DNA of 64,000 nucleotides from Escherichia coli (GTDB lineage Bacteria; Pseudomonadota; Gammaproteobacteria; Enterobacterales; Enterobacteriaceae): NCBI RefSeq assembly GCF_016026235.1, contig NZ_CP065613.1; one strand, 5' to 3'. Shown piece by piece: positions 18,253 to 32,342 of this stretch (position 1 is its first letter; each line of letters starts with the position of its first letter). The notes under the pieces were generated by a model. It saw only the letters and a program-made list of their open reading frames with translations, ran no database searches and was not told where the DNA came from. The position numbers and the translations under genes were made by a program.

Positions 18253-19412
18253 ATGGATAAAGTCAAATATCCAACAGGCGTCGAAAACCACGGTGGCACA
18301 TTACGCATCTGGTTTAATTTTAAAGGTAAACGTGTCAGGGAAAATCTTGGTGTCCCTGACACTGCCAAGAACAGGAAGATCGCCGGAGAGCTGCGGACAT
18401 CTGTATGTTTTGCCATTCGTACAGGAAATTTTGATTATGCTGCGCAGTTCCCTGACTCTCCTAACCTCAAGGCTTTTGGGGTAAATAAAAAAGAAATTAC
18501 GGTGAAAGAACTTGAAGAAAAATGGCTGGATCTGAAACGAATGGAAATCTCTGCAAATGCATTCAATCGCTATGAATCCATTGCAAGGATGATGGTTCCG
18601 AAGATTGGTGGCAACCGACTGGTATCAGCAGTGACCAAAGAGGAATTGCTGTATATCAGGAAAGATTTGCTGACCGGATACCAAAATCCAACAAAAGGTA
18701 AAGCTCCAGTAAAAGGACGAAGCGTTGTCACAGTAAATTATTACATGACAACAATCGCTGGAATGTTTCAGTTTGCTGCAGATCACGGTTACATAGAAGC
18801 AAATCCCTTCGAGGGAATTAAGCCTCTTAAAAGAGCCAGGGCAGAACCAGATCCGCTAACTCGTGACGAATTTATTCGCCTGATAGATGCTTGCCGGCAT
18901 CAGCAGACAAAAAACCTGTGGTCATTGGCTGTGTACACAGGAATGCGTCATGGTGAACTGGTCTCCCTGGCCTGGGAAGATATCGATCTGAAAGCAGGAA
19001 CAATTACTATCAGGCGCAATTATACGAAACTCGGTGAGTTCACTCTACCTAAAACTGAAGCAAGTACAAACAGGGTTGTGCATCTTATCCAGCCCGCTAT
19101 CAGTGTCCTGAAAAATCAGGCTGAAATGACAAGACTGGGTAAGCAGCACAACATCAAGGTTCAACTACGTGAATATGGACGTTCAGTAAATCATGAATGT
19201 ACTTTCGTATTTAACCCCCAGGTGGTTAGAAAAAGCAAACAGGTAGGTTTTATCTACAAGGTAGATTCCATTGGCGACTCATGGGAAACAGCCATTAAAC
19301 GTGCAGGCATCAGGCATCGAAAGGCATACCAGTCACGACACACTTATGCGTGCTGGTCATTATCTGCCGGAGCAAATCCAAGCTTCATTGCCAGCCAGAT
19401 GGGGCATGCAAG
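18253..19412 (+). pseudogene. int: tyrosine integrase, N-terminal and core part, interrupted by IS600 copy 3
   Basis: MDKVKYPTGVENHGGTLRIWF... phage integrase family; reading frame continues after the IS at 20677. Confidence 0.85.
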
Positions 19413-20676
19413 TGAGGTAGCCTGAGTTTAACGGACACTCCTTCCTGAAATAGAATGGCATCAGAAGGAGCTAATAATGAGCAGAAAAACCCAACGTTAC
19501 TCTAAAGAGTTCAAAGCCGAAGCTGTCAGAACGGTTCTTGAAAATCAACTTTCGATCAGTGAAGGCGCTTCCCGATTATCCCTTCCTGAAGGCACTTTAG
19601 GACAATGGGTTACCGCCGCCAGAAAAGGGCTCGGTACTCCTGGCTCCCGCACGGTGGCTGAACTGGAATCTGAAATTCTGCAACTGCGTAAGGCGTTAAA
19701 TGAAGCTCGCCTTGAGCGAGATATATTAAAAAAAGCAACAGCGTATTTTGCACAGGAGTCGCTGAAAAATACGCGTTAATCGAACAATGGCGACAACAAT
19801 TTCCCATTGAAGCGATGTGTCAGGTATTTGGTGTATCCAGGAGCGGTTATTACAACTGGGTACAGCATGAACCCTCAGACAGAAAACAAAGTGATGAGCG
19901 GCTAAAACTGGAGATTAAGGTGGCACATATCCGCACTCGCGAAACATATGGAACCCGGCGGCTCCAGACGGAGCTGGCAGAGAATGGCATCATCGTTGGT
20001 CGTGACCGACTGGCACGTCTTCGTAAGGAGCTAAGGCTACGCTGTAAGCAGAAACGCAAGTTCAGAGCGACTACGAACCCGAACCACAATCTGCCAGTTG
20101 CGCCAAATCTGCTGAACCAGACGTTCGCTCCTACAGCACCAAATCAGGTCTGGGTGGCGGACCTGACGTATGTTGCCACACAGGAGGGATGGTTGTACCT
20201 CGCTGGCATCAAAGATGTTTATACGTGCGAAATTGTCGGCTACGCCATGGGAGAGCGCATGACAAAAGAGCTGACAGGTAAAGCCCTGTTTATGGCGCTC
20301 AGGAGCCAGCGCCCACCTGCCGGGCTAATCCACCACTCTGATCGAGGTTCACAGTACTGCGCATACGATTACCGGGTCATACAGGAGCAGTTTGGTCTGA
20401 AAACATCAATGTCGCGTAAAGGTAACTGTTACGACAACGCTCCGATGGAAAGCTTCTGGGGAACGCTGAAAAATGAGAGCCTGAGCCACTATCGTTTTAA
20501 TAACCGGGATGAAGCCATCTCAGTAATACGGGAATACATTGAGATTTTCTACAATCGTCAGCGTCGTCACTCTCGTCTGGGGAATATCTCCCCGGCAGCC
20601 TTCAGGGAAAAATATCATCAGATGGCTGCTTAAAAAAAGAACAAATGGTAGTGTCCGCTATTGCCAGTACACCTCA
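19413..20676 (+). mobile_element. IS600-like copy 3 (1264 bp; orfA 19477-19779, orfB 19815-20633; 2-3 SNPs vs other copies)
   Basis: 3-bp TSD AAG (19410-19412, 20677-20679). Confidence 0.9.
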
Positions 20677-20833
20677 AAGTGCCCAGATGGTGTTCAATGT
20701 ATACGGAGCATGGATGACTGACAGCAATGCAGAACAGATCGCAATGCTGAATCAGAAGCTGGCAGATTATGTCCCAATGATGTCCCATGGTCACCAAAGT
20801 GACACAAGAGGCTTATTAAAATCAGTGAGTTAG
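20677..20833 (+). pseudogene. int: integrase C-terminal segment carrying the catalytic-Tyr region (..FNVYGAWMTD..)
   Basis: in-frame continuation of 18253-19412 once IS and TSD removed. Confidence 0.8.
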
Positions 20834-20844
20834 CTTTTAATACC

Positions 20845-21585
20845 CGTCATGTTAACTGCGTGGAGGGCAACACCACGCTTTACGCCCTGCCGAAACCCGA
20901 GGTTGTCCTGCGCTGGCGTGAACAGACCACAGATGACTTCCGCTTCTGTTTTAAGTTTCCGGCGACCATTTCGCATCAGGCAGCATTACGACATTGCGAT
21001 GATTTAGTGACTGAATTTTTGACCCGCATGTCACCGTTGGCTCCGCGCATTGGGCAATACTGGCTGCAACTGCCTGCCACATTCGGCCCACGGGAGCTGC
21101 CTGCGCTTTGGCATTTTCTCGATTCTCTCCCTGGCGAATTTAATTATGGTGTGGAAGTCCGCCATCCACAGTTTTTCGCCAAAGGGGAAGAGGAACAAAC
21201 GCTTAATCGCGGTTTACATCAGCGCGGCGTTAATCGGGTGATTTTAGACAGCCGCCCGGTTCATGCAGCACGTCCACACAGTGAAGCTATTCGCGACGCT
21301 CAACGAAAAAAACCTAAAGTTCCGGTACATGCTGTACTGACGGCGACAAATCCGCTGATCCGTTTTATCGGTAGTGATGATATGACGCAAAACCGGGAAT
21401 TATTTCAGGTCTGGTTACAGAAATTAGCGCAGTGGCATCAGACCACTACGCCTTATCTTTTTTTACATACGCCAGACATTGCCCAGGCACCGGAACTGGT
21501 ACATACCCTGTGGGAAGACTTACGTAAAACGCTTCCAGAGATCGGAGCAGTTCCGGCTATTCCACAGCAATCTTCTCTTTTCTGA
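20845..21585 (+). pseudogene. yecE: yecE (DUF72), missing ~26-31 N-terminal codons; prophage attachment junction
   Basis: Frame matches K-12 YecE from ..RH(V)NCVEGNTTLYALP; upstream sequence diverges, with stop at 20800-20802. Confidence 0.8.
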
Positions 21586-21637
21586 ATTTGCCACCTATCA
21601 TAGACAGGTGCCATCGGCCATTTTAAAGGGAGTTTGT

Positions 21638-23782
<2,145 letters not shown>

Positions 23783-23789
23783 AGGTCTG

Positions 23790-23935
23790 GTATTACTGCC
23801 GGATGCGGCATGAACGCCTTATCCGGCCTACAAAACCTTGCTAATTCAATATATTGCAGGGACTATGTAGGCCTGATAAGGCATAGCGCATCAGGCAGCT
23901 TTACGTTTGCATAACCTCTGCGCCCGTTTCCGGGC
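23790..23935. repeat. REP/BIME elements
   Basis: gccggatgcggcatgaacgccttatccggcctac and inverted partner ctgataaggcatagcgcatcaggc. Confidence 0.6.
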
Positions 23936-23947
23936 GCTATTCACGTC

Positions 23948-26377
23948 TTACGCCTGAACAGCTGGCTGATCAAACGCCGTTAACTTCGGTGCGTTACCCG
24001 TATATTTTTCGATATACACCAGCGCAGAGTTACCGGCACAGGCATTTGCCAGCTGCGAGCTGGGGATATCCGCCGTTAACACGTTCGCACTGCCGTTTTT
24101 ACACAAGCCATTTTCCAGATCTGGCCATGCACCTTCATGCACGCATACCACGCCTTTTTTGATCCCGTCAGTCACCACCGCGCCTGTCAGAATCTGACCA
24201 CGTTTGTTCCAGACACGCACCAGATCACCATTCGCAATACCAAAGCGAGCAGCATCTTCGGCGTGAATAGTGATCGGTTCACGATCGGCAACCGCATATT
24301 TTTTACGCAGTTGCGCATAGTTAAGCTGACTGTGTAAACGGTGTGCCGGATGTGCGGTCAGAAGCTGTAACTGCTTCTCGTCGGCGGTACCTTTCCACTC
24401 ATCAGGCGCAAGCCAGGTTGGGTGTGCCGGGCAATCCTTATAGCCAAATTTTTCCAGCGTTTTGGAGTAAATCTCAATTTTGCCGCTTGGCGTACCCAGC
24501 GCATTTTTCACCGGATCGGCGCGGAAATCACCATAACGAACATACTGTTCGTTCTTCTCGCTGCGGCGCATTTCGATCAGTTTATTTTGCTGCCAGAAGG
24601 CATTAAACATTGGCATAGTGACGCGTTGCGCACGGGCACCTTTCTGAGCGGCATCATAGAAAAATTTCAGCCACGCCATTTCATCTTTACCTTCGGTATA
24701 GATCTCTTTTCCGCCAGGTTTCAGTAATTCAGCAAGATCGGCAAACACGTCAAAATCGTTACGCGCTTCAAATTGCGGAGCGACAGCCTGCTTCATCGGC
24801 ACAATATGCTGGTTGCTGTAATCACCGGTCATCGTCAAGTCATTGCGCTCAAACGATGTGGTGATCGGTAATACGATATCTGCATGTTTAGCAGCTGCAG
24901 TCCAGTAGCATTCAGAAACGACGATCATCTCCGGTTTCTGCCATGCTTTGATCAGACGATTAGTATCCTGGTGATGGGTAAAGTTACCGCCACCCGCCCA
25001 CCAGATCATTTTGATATTCGGATACGTTTGTTCTTTACCGTTATGCTGATATTTGCCACCAGGATTTTCCAGCGCATCGACGATACGGGCAACAGGAATC
25101 GCCGTCATTCCGCCATCATCAGCGGCCTCGCTGGCATGTCCGGCAATCGCCGCAGACATTTCCGGCAGCACGCCGCCAACACGCGTCGGGTTGCCACCGT
25201 TGGAGTAATGATAAGAGAAACCAAAACCGCCGCCCGGTGTACCAATCTGCCCTAACATCGCCGCCAGCGTCACCAGCATCCAGTGTTTCTGTTCACCATA
25301 TTGCTGGCGCTGAATTCCCCAGCCTGCCATCAGCATTGTGCGATTCGCCGCCATCAGTTCAGCGAGTTTGACTATCTGCGCTTCCGGTACGCCAGTAATT
25401 TCCGCCGCCCAGGCCGCGCTCTTCGGAGTATTATCGCTCTTACCTGTCAGATATTCTTCAAACTGCGGATACCCGGTGGTGTATTTTTCAAGGAACACTT
25501 TATCGTGTTTGCCTTGTGTCATCAGGGTATGCGCAATCCCTAACATCAGTGCCACGTCGGTGCCCATATTCGGCGCGATCCAGGTGGCATTATCGCCAAA
25601 GAACTCGATGGTTTCGGAGCGGATAGGATCAATGGCAATCACTGGTTTGCCAGATTTTTTCAGCTGATGGAAGTATTCCAGCCCTTGCTCATCGGTACTG
25701 CTCCAGGCAATTTTTAAGGTATTCAGCGGGTTCATCCCCCACAGCACCACAACCTGGCTGTTTTCCAGAATCAGCGGCCAGGAGGTCTGCTGTTCATACA
25801 CCTCTACAGAACCAACCACATGCGGCATGATCACCTGTGCTGCCCCGGTTGAATAATCGCCGCTATGCCCGGAATAACCGCCCGCGAGGTTCATATAACG
25901 TTGCAGTAAGGTTTGCGCTTTATGCAACACGCCAGAAGAGCGCCAGCCGTAAGATCCGGCAAAAATGGCCGATGGTCCGTTAGCTTTACGAATACGATCG
26001 TGTTGCTCATGAATCAGTTTTAATGCTTGTTCCCAGCTCACCTGTACATAGGTATCTTCGCCTCGACCTTTCGCCGGTTGCAGTGGATTATCGAGATAGC
26101 TTTTTCTCACCATCGGATGCTGAATACGCGCCGTGGTGTGTACCTGATCCGCCGCCGTAGACTGTAAGGAGTTCGGTATGGTTTTCGCCAGCGCGCCTGT
26201 CGAAGAAACAATATTGCCGTCCTTCACTTCTACGTTCATCGCTCCCCAACGTCCCGCGGTGAGGATTTTACCGCCCTTCTCTTCTGCCCATGCGGGTAGC
26301 GGTGCTGCCGATGTCACCACCAGCGCTCCAGCGGCAATACCGCTGTGTTTAATAAATTCACGTCTTGTTAATGTCAT
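23948..26377 (-). CDS. torZ: periplasmic TMAO/S- and N-oxide reductase TorZ (BisZ), molybdoenzyme
   Basis: Tat signal [24 protein letters not shown]; ~809 aa. Confidence 0.9.
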   Translation of the reverse strand: MTLTRREFIKHSGIAAGALVVTSAAPLPAWAEEKGGKILTAGRWGAMNVEVKDGNIVSSTGALAKTIPNSLQSTAADQVHTTARIQHPMVRKSYLDNPLQPAKGRGEDTYVQVSWEQALKLIHEQHDRIRKANGPSAIFAGSYGWRSSGVLHKAQTLLQRYMNLAGGYSGHSGDYSTGAAQVIMPHVVGSVEVYEQQTSWPLILENSQVVVLWGMNPLNTLKIAWSSTDEQGLEYFHQLKKSGKPVIAIDPIRSETIEFFGDNATWIAPNMGTDVALMLGIAHTLMTQGKHDKVFLEKYTTGYPQFEEYLTGKSDNTPKSAAWAAEITGVPEAQIVKLAELMAANRTMLMAGWGIQRQQYGEQKHWMLVTLAAMLGQIGTPGGGFGFSYHYSNGGNPTRVGGVLPEMSAAIAGHASEAADDGGMTAIPVARIVDALENPGGKYQHNGKEQTYPNIKMIWWAGGGNFTHHQDTNRLIKAWQKPEMIVVSECYWTAAAKHADIVLPITTSFERNDLTMTGDYSNQHIVPMKQAVAPQFEARNDFDVFADLAELLKPGGKEIYTEGKDEMAWLKFFYDAAQKGARAQRVTMPMFNAFWQQNKLIEMRRSEKNEQYVRYGDFRADPVKNALGTPSGKIEIYSKTLEKFGYKDCPAHPTWLAPDEWKGTADEKQLQLLTAHPAHRLHSQLNYAQLRKKYAVADREPITIHAEDAARFGIANGDLVRVWNKRGQILTGAVVTDGIKKGVVCVHEGAWPDLENGLCKNGSANVLTADIPSSQLANACAGNSALVYIEKYTGNAPKLTAFDQPAVQA

Positions 26378-26401
26378 AACTTCCTCCCTGATCAACGAGG
26401 A

Positions 26402-27502
26402 TCACTGTTTCTCGGTAATATCTTTGGCGTTGTACTGGAAATACCGCGTTAAAATGTCCAGTTCGTTTTCGCTCATGCTGGTTCGTGCCCCCATTCCTTT
26501 GGCAATGGACGGCCACGCATTGACGGTGTAATGGTCGGCGGCAATAGGGGCATGACAACCAGCGCAATAGGTATCGTCAAGTTTTTCAGCGTATTGCCAT
26601 AGCGGTTTACGGTCCGCTAATGCGGGGACGGTAAGCGCACCCTGTAAAGACGCCTGACGCCATTGATTGCCGTATTCGTCAGCCTGCCATTCCCCGTTTA
26701 CCGTGAGCGCCTTGATACCTTCTTCACTTAATGTGGCTAGCGCCAGCCGTTGACCTGCCGCCAGGTAGAGCGTGTTTTCACTGCCCTGCATTTGATAACC
26801 CTGCAACAGAACGATCGGCTGTTTGCCACTGGCATCAACGACGGTGAGATCGGTACCAGGATTCACGGTAGCCAGCTCGCCTATGCGAGAAGTTTTGAAA
26901 GGATAAATATGTGCGCCATTAGTCACTGAAGTAGCGGCCTGACTTTCCAGCTCATGCGCCGCGTTGTCATCCATTTTTATTTCTGGCGGAAAATGGGCAA
27001 TGCCTTTATGACAATCGATACAGGTTTCGCCGCCCTTTTGTGCTTTGTTATGCATTTTCTGCGCAGATTCACTTTGCGAGGCAATATCCATGGCATCAAA
27101 AGAATGGCAACTACGGCACGTTGCAGAGTCAGTTGCTTTTAATTCTTTCCATACTGTTTCGGCCATTTCCTGGCGATGAGTTTCGAACTTATCGTCACTG
27201 TCTATTTTGCCGCTAACAAATTCATGATAAATATCTTTAGATGCTTTTAATTTAGCAAATAAATAATCCATTCCTGACTTTGGAATATGGCAATCGGCAC
27301 ATTCCGCACGTATCCCTTTCTGGTTCGTAAAGTGGACAGTTCCCTGATATTCCTCAAAAGGTTTACTCATCGAGTGGCAGGAAAGGCAAAATGCTGTATC
27401 CGACGTTTTATGTAAGGCTTTTTGCGCCAGTAATAACCCGCCGCCACCAACCACAACCGCTATCAGCAAAAACAATAACCCAATGCGTTTTTTCCCTCGC
27501 AT
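26402..27502 (-). CDS. torY: pentaheme c-type cytochrome TorY
   Basis: 366 aa with CxxCH motifs. Confidence 0.9.
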   Translation of the reverse strand: MRGKKRIGLLFLLIAVVVGGGGLLLAQKALHKTSDTAFCLSCHSMSKPFEEYQGTVHFTNQKGIRAECADCHIPKSGMDYLFAKLKASKDIYHEFVSGKIDSDDKFETHRQEMAETVWKELKATDSATCRSCHSFDAMDIASQSESAQKMHNKAQKGGETCIDCHKGIAHFPPEIKMDDNAAHELESQAATSVTNGAHIYPFKTSRIGELATVNPGTDLTVVDASGKQPIVLLQGYQMQGSENTLYLAAGQRLALATLSEEGIKALTVNGEWQADEYGNQWRQASLQGALTVPALADRKPLWQYAEKLDDTYCAGCHAPIAADHYTVNAWPSIAKGMGARTSMSENELDILTRYFQYNAKDITEKQ

Positions 27503-27820
27503 AGATTCCTCTAATTAAATTACTGGACACCGAAATCATTGTATAATTAAATATACAACGAATTAACCGCTTGCATAATTAGGCACAACACTGCCTGAAA
27601 TAATCGATAAAGAATATGATTTATTACAATGTAATCATTAATTGCTAAGGAATAACCCAGTTGCTATTTAGAATGTATAGTTATCAGTTTTAGTAATTTA
27701 AATCCCATAATTAATGTGAATATATAAAATATTTTTAGCACAACGCTATGTTCACTGTCACCCGCTCAACAGATCACGGTAATCGTTCGTTTTTTATACT
27801 GTTCAGGGATAAAAAAAGGC

Positions 27821-27853
27821 CCCTGTTGAAATTGCAGGGGCCTGGTACGAGCA
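27821..27853 (-). terminator. rho-independent terminator after cutC
   Basis: minus strand AGGCCCCTGCAATTTCAACAGGGGCC + TTTTTTT. Confidence 0.6.
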
Positions 27854-27889
27854 AGCATCATATTGGGCGACATGATGCAACGGTAAAAA

Positions 27890-28645
<756 letters not shown>

Positions 28646-28649
28646 TTAA

Positions 28650-29216
28650 TTACGCCGACTGCTCGCTGGCAACGATCTCTTCAATGGACCACGGATGAAA
28701 CTTAATAGTTGTTTTGCCATCGGTGACCGCCAGCGTCGGATTCGGTAATCGCTCATGCTCACCTTTTGGCGAACTGGTTTTCACTGAGATCCCCGGTAGG
28801 CTGAGTCCTTCATCAGAAAGCAATGCCAGCGCACGGGCATTCAGCGTTTCTGGATCACCCGGCAGAACGATTTCAATATGTTCCCAACCTTCGTGTGGGT
28901 AACGTTTTTCCCCGGGCCACGGTAGCTCCACAATAGAAAACTGCCAGTGCGCAACCTGTACCGGTTCATGCAATTTAAACAGACAAATCGGTCTGCCATT
29001 GATCATATTTTCTGACAAAAGCTCGCCACACTGTTCAAAACCGCGACGCCAGCGCTCAGCAGTGGCGTTTTGATGGCAACGCAAAGAAATGTGATCGGCA
29101 GTCAGCGGAGTGATATCCAACCCCAGACGGCGGGAGAGTTCATCTAATGCGTGGGTAAATCGCGGTAAATCCGATGCAATATCCTGCAGCTCGTCGATAG
29201 ATTGCCAGTTCGCCAT
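28650..29216 (-). CDS. yecM: YecM (glyoxalase-fold protein)
   Basis: MANWQSIDELQDIASDLPRF... Confidence 0.85.
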   Translation of the reverse strand: MANWQSIDELQDIASDLPRFTHALDELSRRLGLDITPLTADHISLRCHQNATAERWRRGFEQCGELLSENMINGRPICLFKLHEPVQVAHWQFSIVELPWPGEKRYPHEGWEHIEIVLPGDPETLNARALALLSDEGLSLPGISVKTSSPKGEHERLPNPTLAVTDGKTTIKFHPWSIEEIVASEQSA

Positions 29217-29431
29217 AATCACTCTTCGTCTTTCAGTAAAAGCGATAATTTACCCTGTTGCCCTGCGCCAACCAACCGCTGATTTCACGCCGCTTCTGAT
29301 GCAATAGTGAAAACGGCAATACGCCACGCGCACGTTGCTGACGAAAACAGCCATTTGCAGTATACTCCCGCCCTAATTTCTTTAACTGGTGCGGGCAATT
29401 TTTGCTCGCTTCATCAATGTAAGGTATTCCG

Positions 29432-31165
29432 GTGAATATTCAGGCTCTTCTCTCAGAAAAAGTCCGTCAGGCCATGATTGCGGCAGGCGCGCCTGCGGAT
29501 TGCGAACCGCAGGTTCGTCAGTCAGCAAAAGTTCAGTTCGGCGACTATCAGGCTAACGGCATGATGGCAGTTGCTAAAAAACTGGGTATGGCACCGCGAC
29601 AATTAGCAGAGCAGGTGCTGACTCATCTGGATCTTAACGGTATCGCCAGCAAAGTTGAGATCGCCGGTCCAGGCTTTATCAACATTTTCCTTGATCCGGC
29701 ATTCCTGGCTGAACATGTTCAGCAGGCGCTGGCGTCCGATCGTCTCGGTGTTGCTACGCCAGAAAAACAGACCATTGTGGTTGACTACTCTGCGCCAAAC
29801 GTGGCGAAAGAGATGCACGTCGGTCACCTGCGCTCTACCATTATTGGTGACGCAGCAGTGCGTACTCTGGAGTTCCTCGGTCACAAAGTGATTCGCGCAA
29901 ACCACGTCGGCGACTGGGGTACTCAGTTCGGTATGCTGATTGCGTGGCTGGAAAAACAGCAGCAGGAAAACGCTGGTGAAATGGAACTGGCTGACCTTGA
30001 AGGTTTCTACCGCGACGCGAAAAAACATTACGATGAAGATGAAGAGTTCGCCGAGCGCGCACGTAACTACGTGGTAAAACTGCAAAGCGGTGACGAATAT
30101 TTCCGCGAGATGTGGCGCAAACTGGTCGACATCACCATGACGCAGAACCAGATCACTTACGATCGTCTCAACGTGACGCTGACCCGTGATGACGTGATGG
30201 GCGAAAGCCTCTACAACCCAATGCTGCCAGGAATTGTGGCGGATCTCAAAGCCAAAGGTCTGGCAGTAGAAAGCGAAGGGGCGACCGTCGTATTCCTTGA
30301 TGAATTTAAAAACAAGGAAGGCGAACCGATGGGCGTGATCATTCAGAAGAAAGATGGCGGCTATCTCTACACCACCACTGATATCGCCTGTGCGAAATAT
30401 CGTTATGAAACACTGCATGCCGATCGCGTGCTGTATTACATCGACTCCCGTCAGCATCAACACCTGATGCAGGCATGGGCGATCGTCCGTAAAGCAGGCT
30501 ATGTACCGGAATCTGTACCGCTGGAACACCACATGTTCGGCATGATGCTGGGCAAAGACGGCAAACCGTTCAAAACCCGCGCGGGTGGTACAGTGAAACT
30601 GGCCGATCTGCTGGATGAAGCCCTGGAACGTGCACGCCGTCTGGTGGCAGAAAAGAACCCGGATATGCCAGCCGACGAGCTGGAAAAACTGGCTAACGCG
30701 GTTGGTATTGGTGCGGTGAAATATGCGGATCTCTCCAAAAACCGCACCACGGACTACATCTTCGACTGGGACAACATGCTGGCGTTTGAGGGTAATACCG
30801 CGCCATACATGCAGTATGCATACACGCGTGTATTGTCCGTGTTCCGTAAAGCAGAAATTGACGAAGAGCAACTGGCTGCAGCTCCGGTAATCATCCGTGA
30901 AGATCGTGAAGCGCAACTGGCAGCTCGCCTGCTGCAGTTTGAAGAAACCCTCACTGTGGTTGCCCGTGAAGGTACGCCGCATGTGATGTGTGCTTACCTG
31001 TACGATCTGGCCGGTCTGTTCTCTGGCTTCTACGAGCACTGCCCGATCCTCAGCGCAGAAAACGAAGAAGTGCGTAACAGCCGTCTGAAACTGGCACAAC
31101 TGACAGCGAAGACGCTAAAGCTGGGTCTGGATACGCTGGGTATTGAGACAGTAGAGCGTATGTAA
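29432..31165 (+). CDS. argS: arginyl-tRNA synthetase
   Basis: 577 aa, HVGH-type class I motifs ([12 protein letters not shown]). Confidence 0.95.
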   Translation: MNIQALLSEKVRQAMIAAGAPADCEPQVRQSAKVQFGDYQANGMMAVAKKLGMAPRQLAEQVLTHLDLNGIASKVEIAGPGFINIFLDPAFLAEHVQQALASDRLGVATPEKQTIVVDYSAPNVAKEMHVGHLRSTIIGDAAVRTLEFLGHKVIRANHVGDWGTQFGMLIAWLEKQQQENAGEMELADLEGFYRDAKKHYDEDEEFAERARNYVVKLQSGDEYFREMWRKLVDITMTQNQITYDRLNVTLTRDDVMGESLYNPMLPGIVADLKAKGLAVESEGATVVFLDEFKNKEGEPMGVIIQKKDGGYLYTTTDIACAKYRYETLHADRVLYYIDSRQHQHLMQAWAIVRKAGYVPESVPLEHHMFGMMLGKDGKPFKTRAGGTVKLADLLDEALERARRLVAEKNPDMPADELEKLANAVGIGAVKYADLSKNRTTDYIFDWDNMLAFEGNTAPYMQYAYTRVLSVFRKAEIDEEQLAAAPVIIREDREAQLAARLLQFEETLTVVAREGTPHVMCAYLYDLAGLFSGFYEHCPILSAENEEVRNSRLKLAQLTAKTLKLGLDTLGIETVERM

Positions 31166-31183
31166 TCGATTTTTCGTGAGAGT

Positions 31184-31219
31184 AAAGCCTGATCAGGGTT
31201 ACCTGATCAGGCTTTTTTA
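31184..31219 (+). terminator. argS rho-independent terminator
   Basis: AAAGCCTGATCAGG gtt ACCTGATCAGGCTTT TTTT. Confidence 0.7.
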
Positions 31220-31341
31220 TTGCCATCTAAATGTATTCTGAAAATGGACATGCCATTGTTTTCTGACTGTTGGATAAGAGGCCAGAAGCGTAATATCCGG
31301 CCCCAGGGAAACGATAACGGTTGAATTTAAGGAATACCGCA

Positions 31342-31830
31342 GTGTTTAAATTTCTTGTATTAACATTAGGCATTATCTCTTGCCAGGCTTACGCAGAAGA
31401 TACGGTTATAGTAAACGACCATGACATTTCAGCCATCAAAGATTGTTGGCAAAAAAATTCAGATGATGATACTGACATTAACGTGATCAAATCATGCCTG
31501 CGACAAGAATACAATCTCGTCGATGCGCAATTAAATAAAGCCTATGGTGAAGGTTATCGTTATATAGAACAAGTGCCACGCACAGGTGTAAAAAAACCTG
31601 ATACCGAACAACTTAACTTGCTTAAAAAATCACAGCGAGCCTGGCTGGATTTTAGGGACAAAGAATGTGAATTAATCCTTTCAAATGAGGACGTTCAGGA
31701 TTTAAGTGCCCCTTATTCTGAATCAGAATGGCTCTCATGTATGATCATACAGACCAATACGCGAACTCGCCAGTTGCAGCTATACCGTAACTCTGAAGAT
31801 TTTTATCCAAGCCCTTTGACAAGAGGATAA
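31342..31830 (+). CDS. yecT: YecT, secreted protein of unknown function
   Basis: GTG start after AAGGAA; signal peptide MFKFLVLTLGIISCQAYA. Confidence 0.7.
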   Translation: MFKFLVLTLGIISCQAYAEDTVIVNDHDISAIKDCWQKNSDDDTDINVIKSCLRQEYNLVDAQLNKAYGEGYRYIEQVPRTGVKKPDTEQLNLLKKSQRAWLDFRDKECELILSNEDVQDLSAPYSESEWLSCMIIQTNTRTRQLQLYRNSEDFYPSPLTRG

Positions 31831-31949
31831 TTCACATCTTTTTGGCATGTTTTGTTGCAAGCTATTCCTGATAAATAATTGCAACAAGACATCGAGCCTT
31901 TTTCACTGAGTTATTAAACATACTCGCGAGCGCGTAATTTTTTTGTCCT

Positions 31950-32342
31950 TCAGCGATAATTCACAATCACTTCATTACGTTGTACCTTTAGCGGTGGAAT
32001 TAACCGCCCACCGCCTGGCACTTCCCAGATAAATCGCAACGGTTCTGCTGCCGCTATACCGGAAAAGGCCACGGTGGTTCCGCTCTGCCCCTCTAATTCG
32101 ACACAACGAGATTGCGAACACAAGCGAACCCGCAGTCCTGAAGGTGTCGGGCCGATAAGCTGATAACGCCACGCTACCAGCGTCATCAATCCTGAAGCAG
32201 GTTGTCGCGTAGAAAGAGGCGCAGACGACATCGACTCACCGCGATGATTTAGCGTAATTCCTACACTACTTGCCTGCCACATCCCCTCCCCGGCGGCTTG
32301 CACCAGCAGCGGAAACAATAATATTGCTAATAAGGTTCTCAT
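31950..32342 (-). CDS. flhE: flagellar protein FlhE
   Basis: 130 aa, signal peptide; start overlaps flhA stop. Confidence 0.9.
   Translation of the reverse strand: MRTLLAILLFPLLVQAAGEGMWQASSVGITLNHRGESMSSAPLSTRQPASGLMTLVAWRYQLIGPTPSGLRVRLCSQSRCVELEGQSGTTVAFSGIAAAEPLRFIWEVPGGGRLIPPLKVQRNEVIVNYR

Noticed and set aside
29603-31099. 498-aa ORF antisense to argS; also 34134-34991 (285 aa) antisense to flhA/flhB and 43010-43599 Ala-rich ORFs antisense to tar
   Set aside because: They are codon-aligned antisense frames of well-supported genes, with low-complexity composition.
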